Shown piece after piece: positions 49,792 to 64,000 of a DNA stretch of 64,000 nt. The notes beneath the pieces were generated by a model. That model saw nothing but the letters and a program-made list of their open reading frames with translations, was not told where the DNA came from and did not search any database. How positions within the stretch are numbered: position 1 is the stretch's first letter; each line of letters starts with the position of its first letter. The stretch spans positions 21,018,001-21,082,000 of the forward strand of contig CM060734.1 in the NCBI GenBank assembly GCA_030704615.1, read 5' to 3'. This stretch comes from Takakia lepidozioides. Taxonomy: Eukaryota > Plantae > Bryophyta. A program made the translations under genes and the position numbers.

Positions 49792-52700
49792 TGTTAGAGG
49801 GCTATGTGGGACTTCAACAGTTTTACGGGTTCTGTGGGGTACCCTTAATTTTTGTGCAGACTTACAGATGGTAGACTTAGACCAACACAGGCTTTAGGGG
49901 TGGTACACAGCCTTACACAGTCTATCACATCCCGACATAGCCAGTCACAGCTCGACACAGCTCGACACAGTCCAACACAGTCAGTCACAGCCCGGCACAG
50001 CTCGACACAGTCCAACACAGCCAGTCACAGCTGTCACAGTTTGGCACAGCCGTCACAACATTCGCAGAGAACGGTTACCATGGCAGGGAACGACTGTGTG
50101 GGAATGACATCGGCAGAGGGAACGTATATTATGTCTGGATGACAGTTAGTTAGTTAGGCAGTTAGAACAGCTTGCAGATAGAAAAGACAGAGTAGCAACG
50201 GGGAGAGGACTTCTTGGGGATCACGACTTGGCCATCAGGGAGAGAAAGACAATCGGGAGCTGAGGGATGGAGAGCGCAATGAAGGAGGAGACACGAACTG
50301 TTGATGCTTGATTCATGCAAGCTGCAGAGATGTACTGTAGAGCAGATTAGAGACACCATGGCTTCGGCCTGATACTTGATAGATCTTAATCTGATACATA
50401 TTCTATACTCGCACTGTGTAGAGAGACCTGAGTGAAGCTGTGGAATGAATGGATGAGTGATTGGAACCTGGTAGATTGCTGAAGCAATCTGATACTTAAA
50501 TATAACAGTAAGGTAACTTGCTGACATGAAGGCAAGAAAGAATACAAACAGGAAGCACTCCCATGATACACTAGTTGTAGGTCATGACTGATTGTTCTGA
50601 GCGGGCTGAGTGCTTAGAGATATTCAACTCTTCTATCTTGGAGTTCCCACCTCGGATAGCAAAGGGATGGGTGAGTAAAAGCCGTTCGACATTTGGCGAC
50701 CATACTGGGGACCTGAGTCAAGAACAACCAGATGTGACAGGCATCAGGTGGGATCATGGTGGTTGGAGAATCAAAGAATTTGATGTGAATCAAATTCCCT
50801 GTGGAACTGAGAAAGAAAGATTGTCCAAACAATTCTTTCAGAGATTCTTGGAATTGCCAGACGGTTGCAAGGAAAACATTCTTAAGAGAGTGCATGATGT
50901 TGATCCTGAGTGGGGTCTGGAGAAAGGAGTGATAAAGATTTATCAAGTGGCCTGTAGAGGGAGAGCAAGTCGGTTACCAACACTAGTTTATGTGATAACA
51001 TTGCTATCCATTAAACGAGTGGAGTTTGAAGGCTGGGAGGAACGAAAAGTGAATGTTTACACTCATATGCATGAAGAACTTGTACTGGTAAAGAATTGGA
51101 TTCCTAAGGATATCCTGTGGATCAAACTTACACCAAGAATAGCTTTTCAGATGTGCTTGCCATATGGTTATATGGTAACGGAGACTTCTAGTATAGCCAA
51201 GGGTGCATTAAAGCTTGAAATAAATCCAGGCATATACGAGAGATACTACAAAAGAGAGTTTTGGTTTTGCCTCATTAAAGATATGAAAGACATGAGACAT
51301 GAGTGATGAAAGAGAAGCTAGACTCCACAGATATTTCAGCAAAAAGAGAAAGTTATTTGAAAGCTAATTATCCATATCTTTGGGAGAGAGGAATAGACAT
51401 AGGGGAATCATCTGGACCTCTCACACCATTAAGACCAGAGAGTACATCACCCATACCGGAAGAACCAGAGTTGGATGCCACTCCTTCTTATTCCTTACAA
51501 GAAAGATTAAGGGATTTGGTACAAAAAGAAGATCGGCCACGAGGGGAGAGATCTGAGGTACATCCCTGGATTAAAGATTTGACAGAAATCTTTGATCAGA
51601 GTTGGCATAGAACACCAAAAGCAAGAACTCCAGTTTCTGAATTACAAGACAAAGAAGGAGAGGAAGATGTGGCAGAGCCAACGGAGAGTTTAGACTCTCC
51701 AACACCACTTCAGTTGAGTTATATGAGTGAGGAAGAGGAAATCCAAGAGAAGAACTTGGAAGATGAAAACAGAGAGAAGAATTTGGAAGATGAAGAGTAT
51801 GAAGAAGTAGACCCAACAGTTGAGGTTGAGACTACAACCAGGATATCCCAACCTGTTGGACCTGGATCAAGTGGAGCACTTGAATCACAGGCCAACAAAG
51901 GTGTCGGCTCAGGGGGATCAGGCGGGCAGCTTGGATCTGGCTCTGGGGGGACAAGGAGTGTGGGAAGTAGTGCAACTGGAGCTGGGAATACTGTAAGTAC
52001 AGAAGGGCCAGTAGCAGGGAGTGCTCAGGGGCCAGCACCTGGTGGGAGTTCCACCACTACAACAGCAGGTCCTCAAGGACCAACACCAACAGGAGGACCA
52101 ACACCTGTCAAAGGGCAGGGTGTAGGGCCACAAATGGCGGTACCTCCAACATGGGCAAAACCACCTTTTCCAATATATGCAGGGAAAGGGGATCCTGATG
52201 TACACATCAGCCAATTTGAGCACATGTGTATTGTGAACAATGAGAATGGCGATGATGCCAAGATGAGACTTTTCCTTGTTCACTTATCAAGAAAGCAAGC
52301 GAATGGTATGCAAGATTTCCTAATAATCATTTCCTAACCTGTAATGGCCTTAGTACAACATTCCGAAACAGGTTCAGGACAAGCAAAACTGAGGATGAAG
52401 TGTATGGGAGTTTGCAACAGTTAAGGCAAAGGAAGCATGAAACTGTTGAGGAGTACATGGAAAAGATGGAGTTAATGATGAAAAAGCTGGCTGCTGTACC
52501 AGCACCAGGGTTACAGAAGACCTGGTTTGTGAGTGGACTAAGACCTGACTTACAAAAGAAAGTGGATATGCTATCCCATAATATAGTGGAGGAGGCATTT
52601 GAAACAGCCAACAAAATTGAGCAATTGGGAATGCTCAGGAGAGATAAAAGGGAGGATGAGGACTCTGAAGATGAGTCAGATGTGGAAGAAGAGCAAGAGC

Positions 52701-52850
52701 TCAAGAGGAAGAGCAAGAAGAAGGAAAAGTTGAAGAGGGACAACTATGAGAAAAGACTGGAGGAAATCTTGAAGAAGTATGCCACAGTGGCTGCAACACA
52801 TTGGAGGAAGGGTGTTTGGTGTGCAAAATGCCAGAATGAAGGCCATACCA
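49792..52850 (+). mobile_element. F1 copy C: 5' LTR (49792-50691), PBS (50694-50711), extra ORF and truncated gag
   Basis: Collinear with 8613-11720; breaks off after CAKCQNEGHT. Confidence 0.93.
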
Positions 52851-53750
52851 TCAGTATCTCCTCCGTGAATGATCTTCTAAGGTACTATTGGTTCTGCTTC
52901 ATGGCAAACAGAACGTTCAGTATTTGGCCAACTTCCCTTAACCCTGGGTACTCGGCCTTGGTGCAGGTGTATCCTTGAGTCTTAAAAAAACTCGCTTCTT
53001 GGAACAAATTCCCTATTTGCAATCTTGCCCTGTGTTCATCCACATTCACATGCCCAGATGGTAATTCAAACAGTTGCTGCAAGTACTAGGGAGTAATCTC
53101 TATATCTACTCCCCTCACCTGTGTAACTCCTGTCCGAGGCTCAAAGTTCTGAATGAATTGAATCATGAACTTTCGATGATGCAAAGACCATTCCTTGCGT
53201 AGCAACCCTTCCAATCGCAACTCCTTCAGCAACTGCACTGCCTGTGGTGTAGCAATTGTTTGCTTATGCAAAACCGTGGTGCTCTTCACCCTGATATCCT
53301 CCATTCCCTTAATTCTCTTCATCCCAGACAAACAAGAAGGCCTTGTTTGGAATAGCTGTAGGAAAGCTTGCAGGGCATAGAGCATAAAGATATGGTTGGC
53401 ACAGAAAGGAACGGGTAAATGCGTGTAAGTCTGTGGGGCTTGCAGATAGTGGGTGAGAGAGAATGTGCTTTCAACCCGTCCATCCTTGCGTCACTGCGTG
53501 AGAAGTAAAGCTAGCGTATAGTCTGTAATATCCACCATAGCTACAAAGCTATAGCTTTGATTGCCCCTCCCGTCGAGACGCTGGTTATTCGGAGCAACCC
53601 CGACTCTTCCGCTCATAACTTTTCTAATTTCTTGCTCTTGTTTCTTGGAGGGAACCACCTGCATGAAATTCTCCCTCCTAATTGGCTGTTGCCTCCTTGG
53701 GTAACTTCTAAATTTTACCCCCATCTGCTCGATTAAGATTAGAGTTTCCC
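52850..53750 (-). mobile_element. F1 3'-region fragment with the extra ORF, opposite orientation to the adjacent gag
   Basis: Homologous to 48060-48270 and to the reverse complement of 41590-41796 plus 47634-48055. Confidence 0.85.
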
Positions 53751-54614
53751 GAATTGCAGAACTTCAATATTCTCCCAGGAGAGACATCTGGACAAGCTAA
53801 CACTGATAATCCAAAAGATCAGGTGACCAGGTCTCCAGAAACTGAGAATACCACACCAGGAGGGTGAGTGCAGGCTAAGGTGGCTCAGTTTGGACGTCAC
53901 ACTTCAGTTTTTCAGTGAGTACTCTTCATATTATCTGTAACATTGTGCAAATAAGTTTATCTTCATCCCAAATGAGATTGAATGTTGCTAGCCATCTACC
54001 ATATCTACATGTTGGTATGATTATTTTTCAGGTTAGATTATTTTTCATGGAGCTATGGACTTTTTGGGACTTGCACTCTGGGCTGTCACATTCCCAGTTT
54101 GTCCACAATTGGACTCTCAAACACTAACTTGCACTTAGCCATTCTACACATGGACTCCGAATATAGATTACCTTTGAGGAACAAGAGACATGGATGAATT
54201 TGTAAACAATTTCATTCATTTGTTAGTGTGCTATGGACCTTTTATATACCTCCAGATGTACCCAAAATTTCAAAAATCTATGGTGTTCAAAAAATTTGAT
54301 ATTTAGGTAGAACTCTTTAATGACAATATAAAGATTGTCATTATCTGCAAGTTCTTATAACTAGATGGACAAATGTCATATATAATTGAGGACCTACAAA
54401 TTAGCTATTTAAAAAAAAAGGAATAATATCTTTAATAAAAAAATATCTCACATATTTAGGATGGATCCCTTTACTAAAAATGTTAGGCATATCATTATCT
54501 ATCAATGTAAGAATATATTTGAAAAAAAACATAGATTAATTTTTTACCCATGAACTTTCGTGGAGGTCGCCGTTTTTGAGCCACCCTATCCTGCACCACC
54601 CAGAAGGAGGTGCG

Positions 54615-57600
54615 AGTAATACACTCAACGAATGGTTACCACAGGAAAGATTTGAAGGACCTTCCATAGTTACAAGCCCAAATTGAGGTTTTGCTGAATT
54701 ATTGGAAGAGAAATTTGAGGATCTTTTAAGTGAAGAAGGCGAAAGAATTGAAACCGCTACTCCAGAAAAAATAACCAGAACAACACTCAAAGCTTTTAAC
54801 GATTCACTAAGTTCAGTTGGAACAACAGCCAGTAAGCGGCTATCCTTAGGACAAGGACCTCCCAGCTTGAATCTTTCTTTGGAAGGCAAACACCAGCAAC
54901 ACCACTAGTATTGACGATCCCAACACGAACAAAGTCAACAACAGCTGGACCATTTCAGTTTGGACAACCAGCAGCACCAGTTGCACTAGGAGCACCAATG
55001 GCTTTGGCAGCAAGCAAAACCCGACCACCATTTCCCCTGTATGATGGGAAATCTGATCCAGATATTCATCTCAATCAATTTGAGAACATGTGCACCATTT
55101 ACAATGAAACAACAGATCAGGAGAAGATCCGGTTGTTTCCTTGCTCAATGGCCAGGAATGGCATTGAGTGGTTGGCAACATTCCCAACCAACAATTTTGC
55201 AACCTGGGCTGATATGAAAACAGCCTTTCAAGAAAGGTATCGATCCAACAAATCCACATCTGAAATCCTCACAGGATTACAGGATCTGAGACAGAAAAAA
55301 GAAAGAACTGGTAGTTGACTACTTGGAGAGGATGAAGACTCTGATCAGGAAGCTACCTCAAGCACCAGGGGATGACTTGCAGAAGTCATGGTTCATCAAT
55401 GGACTTCGTCCTGAGTATGTAACCATGGTTATAGTCATGCCTAACAACACTTTGGCTGAAGCAGTAGGTACTGCAAAAAAATTGGAACTTGGGTTCCACC
55501 GGAGCAGAAGCAAGGATTCCAAGGATACATTGGAAGATGAAGACTCTGATGAGGAAGAATAACCCGAGCCAAAGAAGAAGAAGGTGATTGATAAAACTAC
55601 CTTGGACCAGAAGATAACAGAGGCTATCAAGAATTTTAAAGACGAAGGACCAAGAAAGGCAACATGGTGTCACAAATGCGGAACTGCAGGACATCTGGCA
55701 ACAGAATGCCATATGAAAGACAAATACTGTGATATTTGTCATATGAACAACCATAATACCAGCCGTTGTATTTACAATCAACGGGCCAAGAAAAGTGGGT
55801 ACACACGAGAGGTGGGGGTACACCAAGTCCAAGTCCGACGGGGAGGATTTGATGGATCACGATGATACAACATAGGTAATCGTTACCAGAGGCCACGTGA
55901 TGACTATCCACCACGGGATAGAGAACATCAACCCAGAAACACAGAAACCACGAGATGCCACTATGCCAGTTGTGGCACAAGCATGAGGCAGAATTGGGAA
56001 ATATGGAAGCCGGACCAAGTGTAGCCGTGAGTGTGGTAACCCCTGTAGTGGATACCCTTGCGGTAACCCGAACTCAGGCCAAGAAACAGAAACCTCCAGA
56101 TAAGGAGTCTGAATCCGAAGAAGACCGGAAACAATATCCAAAAAGTGCAGCATGGCAGGAAGAAAAGAGCTTACACCAGGAGGTAAGCAAAGCCATAGCT
56201 CAAATGCAAGAATGAACCCATATACCTTCTGGAGATCCAACTCCAGATAATCAGATCAGACAACCACGAAGACCACGAATGAAACCACGGAGGCAGCATT
56301 GGCTGACGTAATATGCCAGACCAAGACCCAAATCACCATTGGACAATTACTGAAAATTGCCCCACACTGCAAGAAAACCTTATTTCGAGCGATTGAGGCT
56401 TTGACCACTACACCGAAACAGAAGCCAGCACCAGAGGTTTACACGATTAAACCCACGATTATACCACGAGTTCCAGACTACGATGAAGCAATACCGGTGA
56501 TACAAGTATGTATCGGATAAAAGCTGGTGACGGATGTACTCATAGACGGAGGATCGAGAGTGAATATAATGACAGAAAGAATGAAGAAGTCAGTGGGATT
56601 GGGGCATATGGAACCTGCTCCATTCACGGTACAAATGGCATATCAACGGAAAGTACAGCCATTGGGTATCATCAGATGCCTAGCAATGGAAGTGGCAGGA
56701 CTGGTTTACGAAGTATCAGTGACCATTCTCATAATGGAAGACGTGGCAAAAGGCTATTTGTTACTACTTGGAAGACCATGGTTAACCCAAGCCCAATCTC
56801 ACCACGATTGGGGAAGTCAGACTCTCACAATCAAGAAAGGATTAGAACAAGTCACAATCACCACAAAACAACGAGGTACGATACCACTAGAAAATCGACC
56901 TTGCCGAGTGGAAGAGTATGACTGGTTTAGTGGACTGTTGGATGAAGAAGAAGCCACAGTGTATGCAACGCATCCACAACTAGAAACTAGTGGTCAAGAA
57001 TACCACGACCACAGGATGCCACATGGTGAACACCCAAAGGGAAACAAGCAATCTAGTAACGGATGATCCTGAGGAAGACGCCATGGACACACCTCAACAC
57101 CCCGCTCGTTTCTAAATCAAGAAAGAGAAGAGGATATCATAAGCAGTGAAATACCAGCTACAATTGCTACCATTGGACAAGAGATTGCAGGTTGGACAGT
57201 GACGGAAGAAACTCAACTGATTCAAGTGAATCTGGGTACAGTAGAAGATCAACAGATAATACGAGTAAGTGCAAACCTTGAAGAATCATTCATTCATGAG
57301 GCCACTGCACTATTCACTGAATACAAAGATGTATTTGCTTGGAACTACAAGGATCTGAAGGGAATACCTCCCAACATCTGTCAGCACCGGATTGAGCTGG
57401 AAGTGGACAGTAAACCGGTTTGACAGAACCGATACAGAATGAATCCCAACTATGCAGCTAAGGTTTGGAAGGAAATCAAGAAATGACTGGATGCAGGATT
57501 CATATACCTAGTAGAGACACCACAATGGTTATCACCCATTGTAATAGTGCCCAAGAAAAATGGCAAATTGCGAGTATGTGTGGACTACCGCAAATTGAAT

Positions 57601-60600
57601 GCAGGAACCAAGAAAGATCCATTTCCACTACTTTTTACAGAGATAGTGTTGGACACAATGGCATGGCATGAGATGTACTCATTCATGGATGGATTCAGTG
57701 GATATAATCAGGTGCAGATGGCAAAAGAAGACCGAGAGAAAACCGCATTCATCACTGAATGGGGAGCCTACGCTTACAAAGTCATGCCATTTGGACTTTG
57801 CAACGCACCTGCCACGTTCCAAAGAGTGGTATCTGAGATATTCAAGAGCTATCTCAACGACTTCATGCAGGTATTCTTAGACAATTTTAGTGTCTTCGGA
57901 TAGAAATCCAAACATTTGACACAGTTAAAACTTTGCCTACAAGCCTGCAGAGACCATGGATTAAGTCTCAACCCCGAGAAATGCACATTTTGTGTGTGAA
58001 TTTAGGATTACTGTTGGGACACATTGTGTGCCAACAGGGATTTTTGGTTGACCCAAAGAAGGTGGACAGTATCTAGAAAATACCACCACTAGAGAATCCA
58101 AAGAAACTCAAAAGATTTCTGGGACAGACAAGCTATTACAGAAGGTACATGGGCAAGTATGCTCACAGAGCAGCACCAATCTATAGACTTCTACAAAAAG
58201 ATACCAAATATCAATGGTCTCCAGATTGTCAGGAATCATCTCATAACGGCACCAATCCTGATCAATCCAAGATGGGATTTACCATTCCATGTACACAGTG
58301 ATGCATCAGGCATCGCCCTGGGAGCAGTTCTGGCTTAGAATGTGACAGGCACATTAGATTCACCAATCTATTATGCAAGCAGACTGCTGACACCTGCTGA
58401 AAAGAACTATAGCACCATGGAAAGGGAAGCATTGGCAATGATTTATGCTCTTCAAAAGTTTCGGCATTATTTACTTGGCAATCGCTTTAAGTTTATTGTT
58501 GATCATCACGCTTTGGTTCATTTGGCAAATCGACCACTAGCTAGTGGCAGGGTTGCTCGATGGTTATTACTTCTTCATGAGTATGATTTGAAGTTGTTCA
58601 TAAACCTGGAAGATTACATGTTACAGCAGATCATCTATCAAGACTTACCACCGGAGAACCAGCAACAGGAGTGGAGGATCAGCTTCTCGATGCATTTCTA
58701 TTTGCTGTTCAACCAGAAGCACAAGAAGAAGAGACAGACCCTTTGGATGCTCTATGAGTGTTTCAAGCAAATTATGATCTTCCATATTCTCTTAAATTGT
58801 TTGAGACAGATGAAGAAGAAACAACAGAGGATGGAGAATCCACAGATGAAGGAGAAACAATGTATGAGGAAAACTCGGAACCAGGAGAAGATGACAAGGA
58901 AAATGAGGAGCCAATCTCTCAAGGATTGACTAACATTAGCATTGGGGCTTATGCAGTCACCAAGGAAGAACCAGAAGAACCACAAGATCAAGATCCAGAT
59001 GATTGGCAGTGGCCAATCAAATACTATCTAGACATAGGAAAATTTCCTGAAGATTACACCAAAGATGACAGGAGGAAGCTTTCAATGAAAAGCAAACCAT
59101 ACACGGTGATCAAAGGAATTCCTTACAAACAAGGAATTGATTCCATCATGAGGACATGTGTGAACAAAGAACAGGCCAAGACGGTGAAACAATAATTACA
59201 TGAAGGAATAACAGGAGGACACTTCAGTTCAGACCTAACAGCAAAGAAGATATTACTAGCAGGATACTGGTGGCCTACTATTTTTGGAGACACTTTCAAA
59301 CACTGCCAACAGTGTGATGTCTGCTAGAGAATGGGACCAGTAGAAAGAACTGGAAAAGGAGCCATGCACCCAATACTACCAACAGAGCCATTTCAGCATT
59401 GGGGGCTAGACTTCGTGGGACCCATTAAACCTCTAGCCAGGTATACACAGAACCAATACATCCTCACAGCCACTGATTACACTACCAAGTGGGTAGAGGC
59501 CAAGGCACTAAGAGACAACACTGCCAAGTCAACAGCCAAATTTTTATACGAGAACCATCATCACCCAATTTGGTTGTCCACTGCAGTTTGTCAGTGATCA
59601 AGGATCACATTTTATGAATGATGCCATAAAATGCATGACAGAAGAATTCATGATTGTGCATCACAAGAGTACTGCTTATTACCCTCAGGGTAATGGCCAA
59701 GCAGAGTCTACCATCAAGATCTTGTGCACTATCTTGACTAAGATAGTGAATGCCAATCGTACATATTGGGATACCAAGATGAACACAACACTAAGGGCAT
59801 TCAGAACCTCATACAAAATGACTACGAAACATACACCATTCCAACTAGTGTATGGAGCAGAGGCACTATTACCCATTGAATGCGTGGTACCCACACTACG
59901 AACCTCGACTCATGAATGATGGGGTCTGGAGGAGTCACTAAGAGTCAGGGACTTGTTCCATTCGGAAGAAGTCCGAGCAGATGTTGCGGATAACATGGCA
60001 CGAATTCAAGAGCAACAGAAGACGAAAGTATCGGAAGGGAAAGTAAAATCTTTCCATGATGGAGGAATAGTTTTGTGGCTACCAAAGATCAAAAAGATTA
60101 ACTGGGAGGCAAATTGAAAATGCCATGGATGGGGCCTTTTCAAATCAAAAAGGTACATGACAATGGAATTGTTGATTTACAGACCCTGGAACAAGAATTC
60201 GTGGGACGGATGAATATCAGCAAACTAAAGGGCTACAAGGGAATACACGACAGAGCCCTCATCCATGACTTATATATGCCAACAAAGAAGACCAAACGAT
60301 AGATGAAGAACGTGAAAGCTCCAGCGCTTTCTACATCCGTCACGATACCACGGTGGATCAATAAGTACTGAAAAAGGTGCAATACGAGTACAGGGCACGG
60401 CCGCGTTTCGACCACCACGAATTTGGAGTATGGCACTACCACCGCGTATACCATATGGAGAGTCGTGGCCATTACGCATGCCTTACAGAACCGTGAACGA
60501 ATACGAAGCTGCCAACGAGTCACTCATCGTGCTGAAGTCTGAGATGTATGAACCAGATGCACCAACCGACCGTGGCAACAGCGCACCATGACCTATTCAT

Positions 60601-61714
60601 CATGAGATGGAGCAAGAACAACGGCGCAATCCAACAGATTTGCAAAAGACGGCGGAAGATAAGGGAAAAACCATTAAACCTATCTGCAAGTACTACGCAC
60701 ACGCCTCACATCTAAGATCAGACCATTTTCCAAGCCCTAGTTCATCCAAGATGGATGAATGCAAAACAAGCGCACCAGGGCAATTATCAACGACTATCAT
60801 CCAAATCTAGGATGGACCACGAAGAAACATCGACGAAAGAAACTCAAGCTCATCCAGAGGAAGGATGAAATTCGACCAAAACCGTTACCAGAAGCCAAGT
60901 GCTTCTTGGTAAGCGCCAGCCCAGCACTTAAAGCTAACTACGCTTTAAACCCAGGAGGACAGCACAACAAAATTACCTCCACGAGAACTTCTAGAGAAGT
61001 GCAAGTAGAAGCTCAAAGGGCAGAACCCCTACTTAAACCTAGAAAGGCTCTCCACACTTCCTCTTCCGCAAACTGGAAATTGCTGTCTGCGCAAATTGCA
61101 GTGTGTCTATCCAATTCCTTACAACAACAGCAAGACTAAGGGAAATGGCAGGCACCAAGCGGAAGACATCGGGTTTTTATGCGCAAGTGGGTTTCAGAAT
61201 CAGCCCAACTTTGAGGAAGATTGAGCAAGACGCAGAAACGCAGGAGACGTTGGACAGTCTTGGCTTGCGGTATTTCATCAACACCCTTGATTGGAATCTC
61301 AAGCACGACGATTTGTGTAGGGAGTTCTTGGAGAACTACAACACCAACGCTAGATCCATGAACGTCCGCGACACACAGATCCTACTGACCAAGCAATACT
61401 TGGCGGAGGTGTTTCATCTTCCCAGTCAGGACGTCCCAGCACATAGCAACAAACCACCGAGGTTTGTAATCGTGGACCTGTTTGAGAATCTCACCCAAGC
61501 TGATCAGGGCTACACATGCAGCCGCAGCAAAGATCCGGGTTTTCATAAGATAGGCCCAATGCTTAACACGTTGCTTAGGCAAAATCTCAGCTATTGCACC
61601 AAAGAGCTGATAGAGCAGGTGCTGATTTGCCTCAATGGGCAAATCGTGAATTGGGCAGGCTTCTTGTTGAAGAAGCTGATCCAAGAATTGACCCGACTAA
61701 CGAAGAAGAATTAA
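54615..61714 (+). mobile_element. F2 copy B: gag, pol and 3' extra ORF; LTRs not seen
   Basis: gag DPDIHLNQFE with knuckles CHKCGTAGHLATEC and [56 protein letters not shown] and PWMGPF. Many stops and frameshifts. Confidence 0.93.
61146..61714 (+). CDS. F2 3' extra ORF (Transposase_32-like), truncated
   Basis: LCREFLENY...VRDTQILLTKQYLAEVFHLP...QGYTC...GQIVNWA is visibly homologous to the F1 extra ORF (LMIQFIQNF...YLHKLFELP...QGFTC). Confidence 0.65.
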
Positions 61715-63620
61715 GAAGAAAGGCAGAGAAGTGGTCGTATAGATGTTGATATGCAGGTACGAGTGACACGGTGTTTGCTTGGAAGTATAACACATATCTT
61801 TCTTGGGGGTCACCGGGGAGTTCGTTAATGATACTAGTGATGCTAAGGGAGCCTGGGTTTGGATGGATGTCACCGCAACGTAGTAGTATAAGTGCTGCAC
61901 ATGCGAGATTATGGATTTTGTGATGTGACGGTGGATGATGAAGGGAGTGTCTGGATGCAAGGGGTTTTTGGTGGTATCTACCTGCATGCGGGCAGTGGGT
62001 TATAAAGTGGGTTTTGAGGAGACGAGGGGTAGGTGTGTATGGGGGATAGATAGTATAAGAGTGTGTGCGGGGGGTAATTTTAGGGGTAGCAGAGTGGGTA
62101 AGGGTGGAGCTAGACGCTGGGCTGTGTATGAGGGGGCTTATTGTGCGGGAGTGAGTATGAGAGCTATTAAGGTGGGTTTGATAAAGAGTGAATATGAGTT
62201 TTGGGTGGGTGGTGAGTATAGGTTTTAGAGAGGGAGAAATAAGATGGGTGGGTGATACATTCGGAAGGATGAAGTCAAGCAGTGGCGTGGATGAAGGTTC
62301 CCGCCGTTGGATGAGATGACGGTTGTGGGTGGCAGGGATGTGGGTGCGGGGGATTTGATTAGGGGGGGACATATGGTGTTTTTGAGGTTGTGACATGTGG
62401 CGGGTGTGGATTGTGTGGGACATCAGGGCACCGTGTGGTGTAGGGGGAGATTTGATTTGGCATGCGATGTATTGAGATAGACGGGTCTTGGGTGTGGGAA
62501 TCCAGAGACTTGGTTCACAGGCACAACAATGTATAAGGGGTTTTTATTGTGTGGGAGTTAGTATGTGAGGCTATAGGGTGAGGCTGAAAAAGATCGAATT
62601 TAACATGGGTTTTTGGTGGATGGTGGGTATAGGGAGAGTGAGATAAGTGGGCAAGTTGCATAGATGGATGACGTCTGGCTAGGATGCGGATGAGGGGACA
62701 TATGACTGGATGAAGTGACGGTTGCGGGTTGCAGGCGTGCGGCCGGGGGGGGGGGGGGGGGGGATTTGATTTGTGGCGTTTTCGAAATTGTGCCAGGTGG
62801 GGAGTGTGGGTGGGCTGACATAGCGGGGCGACACGTGGTATATAGGGGGGGGAGCTGCGAGCGGAGTGTTTAGATATACAAGACTGGGGTGCGAGATGCC
62901 AGAGGTTTGGTACATGGGCATAACAGTGCATGCAGAGCCCGGGGAGGTGGTGGGGGCGTGGGATTTGGGTTGTAAGGTGACGATGGTGTATAACGTAAGA
63001 GAACTCGAGAGACATAGAGGGTCCTAGGATAACAGAGGGAAATCTTGCATATTGCATAGTGTTTGCTAGGAGTACACAATTGCTGTGGCCTACCGCAAGA
63101 GTAAGGAGTAAGAGGACAAAAAATAGAGCTACACAGTATGATGTGAGATGGTGTGATTTGCGAAGTGTATCTATGCCGTGTAGACTGGCCGTGAGCTTAA
63201 ACATTTACCATGGTGGCATTCGTGGGAGAGAGTCCTGGCACTTGGGCGTTGACAATGGTCGGGAGTTGTGCAGGAGCTGGGAGAGCCCCGAGCAGTGTCT
63301 TGGTCCAAGCTGTATTGGTGAAGTCGAGGCAGGGGGGGGGGGGGTGTGTGATGGGCATCTCTATCAGAGTCGGTGGCTTGTAGCTGCCAGCCAGTGCCTC
63401 CGCTGTATTGGCAATGGCATAGTGCCCGCCTGGTTGGTTGGCCAGCCCTGGAGGTGGGGGCAGCTTCTCGAGTATCAACCTCGCATGATTGTAAAAACTT
63501 GCCAAGTTGGCTCCTAAATTCTTGGCAATAGAATCTTGGAGCGATACTAAATAGGTGTGATGTGTCTCCTGCTGAGTTGCCAAGGTAAGTGCTACCCTAG
63601 ATTCCATAGCCCCAAGGTCA
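61712..63620 (-). mobile_element. Probable non-LTR retrotransposon (LINE) fragment: ORF1 end and ORF2 N-terminus with a 2A-like motif
   Basis: Abrupt shift to a C/A-rich minus strand, P/H/T-rich ORFs and LILLRCGDIHPNPG at 61851-61892. No EN or RT domain is present to confirm the call. Confidence 0.45.
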
Positions 63621-64000
63621 CTCTGACTTGATTGAAATCGCCTGAGCAGCTAGCTTCTTATCAATCTCAGACATCATTGCTTCATGTCCCTGCTTGGAGT
63701 TTGTGTCTGACTTGATGCTGAGAGACGGGTCAATGCAGGATAGGGTGGGCCAAAAACGGCAGAATCTGGAGTCCTCGAGTCCATTTTCATGGACAGTATA
63801 TTTTTTCCTTCATTCCTTCTCTCAGAGGACTCAAACCTAAAGGACTTAAGCTCTCTCCGAATCATGGTTGCTGAGTTACAGCTGGAGCTTTCAGATGGAG
63901 CAGTACAATGAAACTATCCCATGCTTTAGTATACTCTACAGCTCCAACTTCTGTAAAAGTGGTAAGCTCAAGATTGCCAAACCCCTTGACCCATTCAATC

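Noticed and set aside
54547-54610. Long-range 5'-3' complementarity with 63727-63806 as a genome cyclisation signal
   Set aside because: It is more simply a minus-strand fragment of the 3' ORF end (GWCRIGW) from another copy, joined at a rearrangement.

Overview
Gene-poor, nested transposon landscape from a eukaryote, most likely a non-seed land plant (inferred from the element types, not proven). It holds several degenerate, rearranged copies of two non-chromovirus Ty3/gypsy families (called F1 and F2 here). A young Galadriel-like chromovirus (41797-47628) has 727-bp LTRs and a GATGG TSD but has lost its RT. A 16.3-kb hAT element (19396-35684, 8-bp TSD CTCGATGG) sits inside an F2 RNase H. 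It carries a transposase, a protein-kinase gene and a RING-H2 gene, each preceded by an array of the same palindrome, and it also contains a tRNA-derived SINE and satellite arrays. The left end has an intron-containing minus-strand gene that looks like a ParB/Srx-fold plus amino-DNA-methyltransferase fusion, surrounded by about 10 copies of a 19-bp palindrome. Weaker calls are a LINE-like fragment with a 2A-like motif and a possible HUH/Replitron-like remnant. Nearly all ORFs carry stops or frameshifts. All family assignments come from motifs recognised by eye, without searches.
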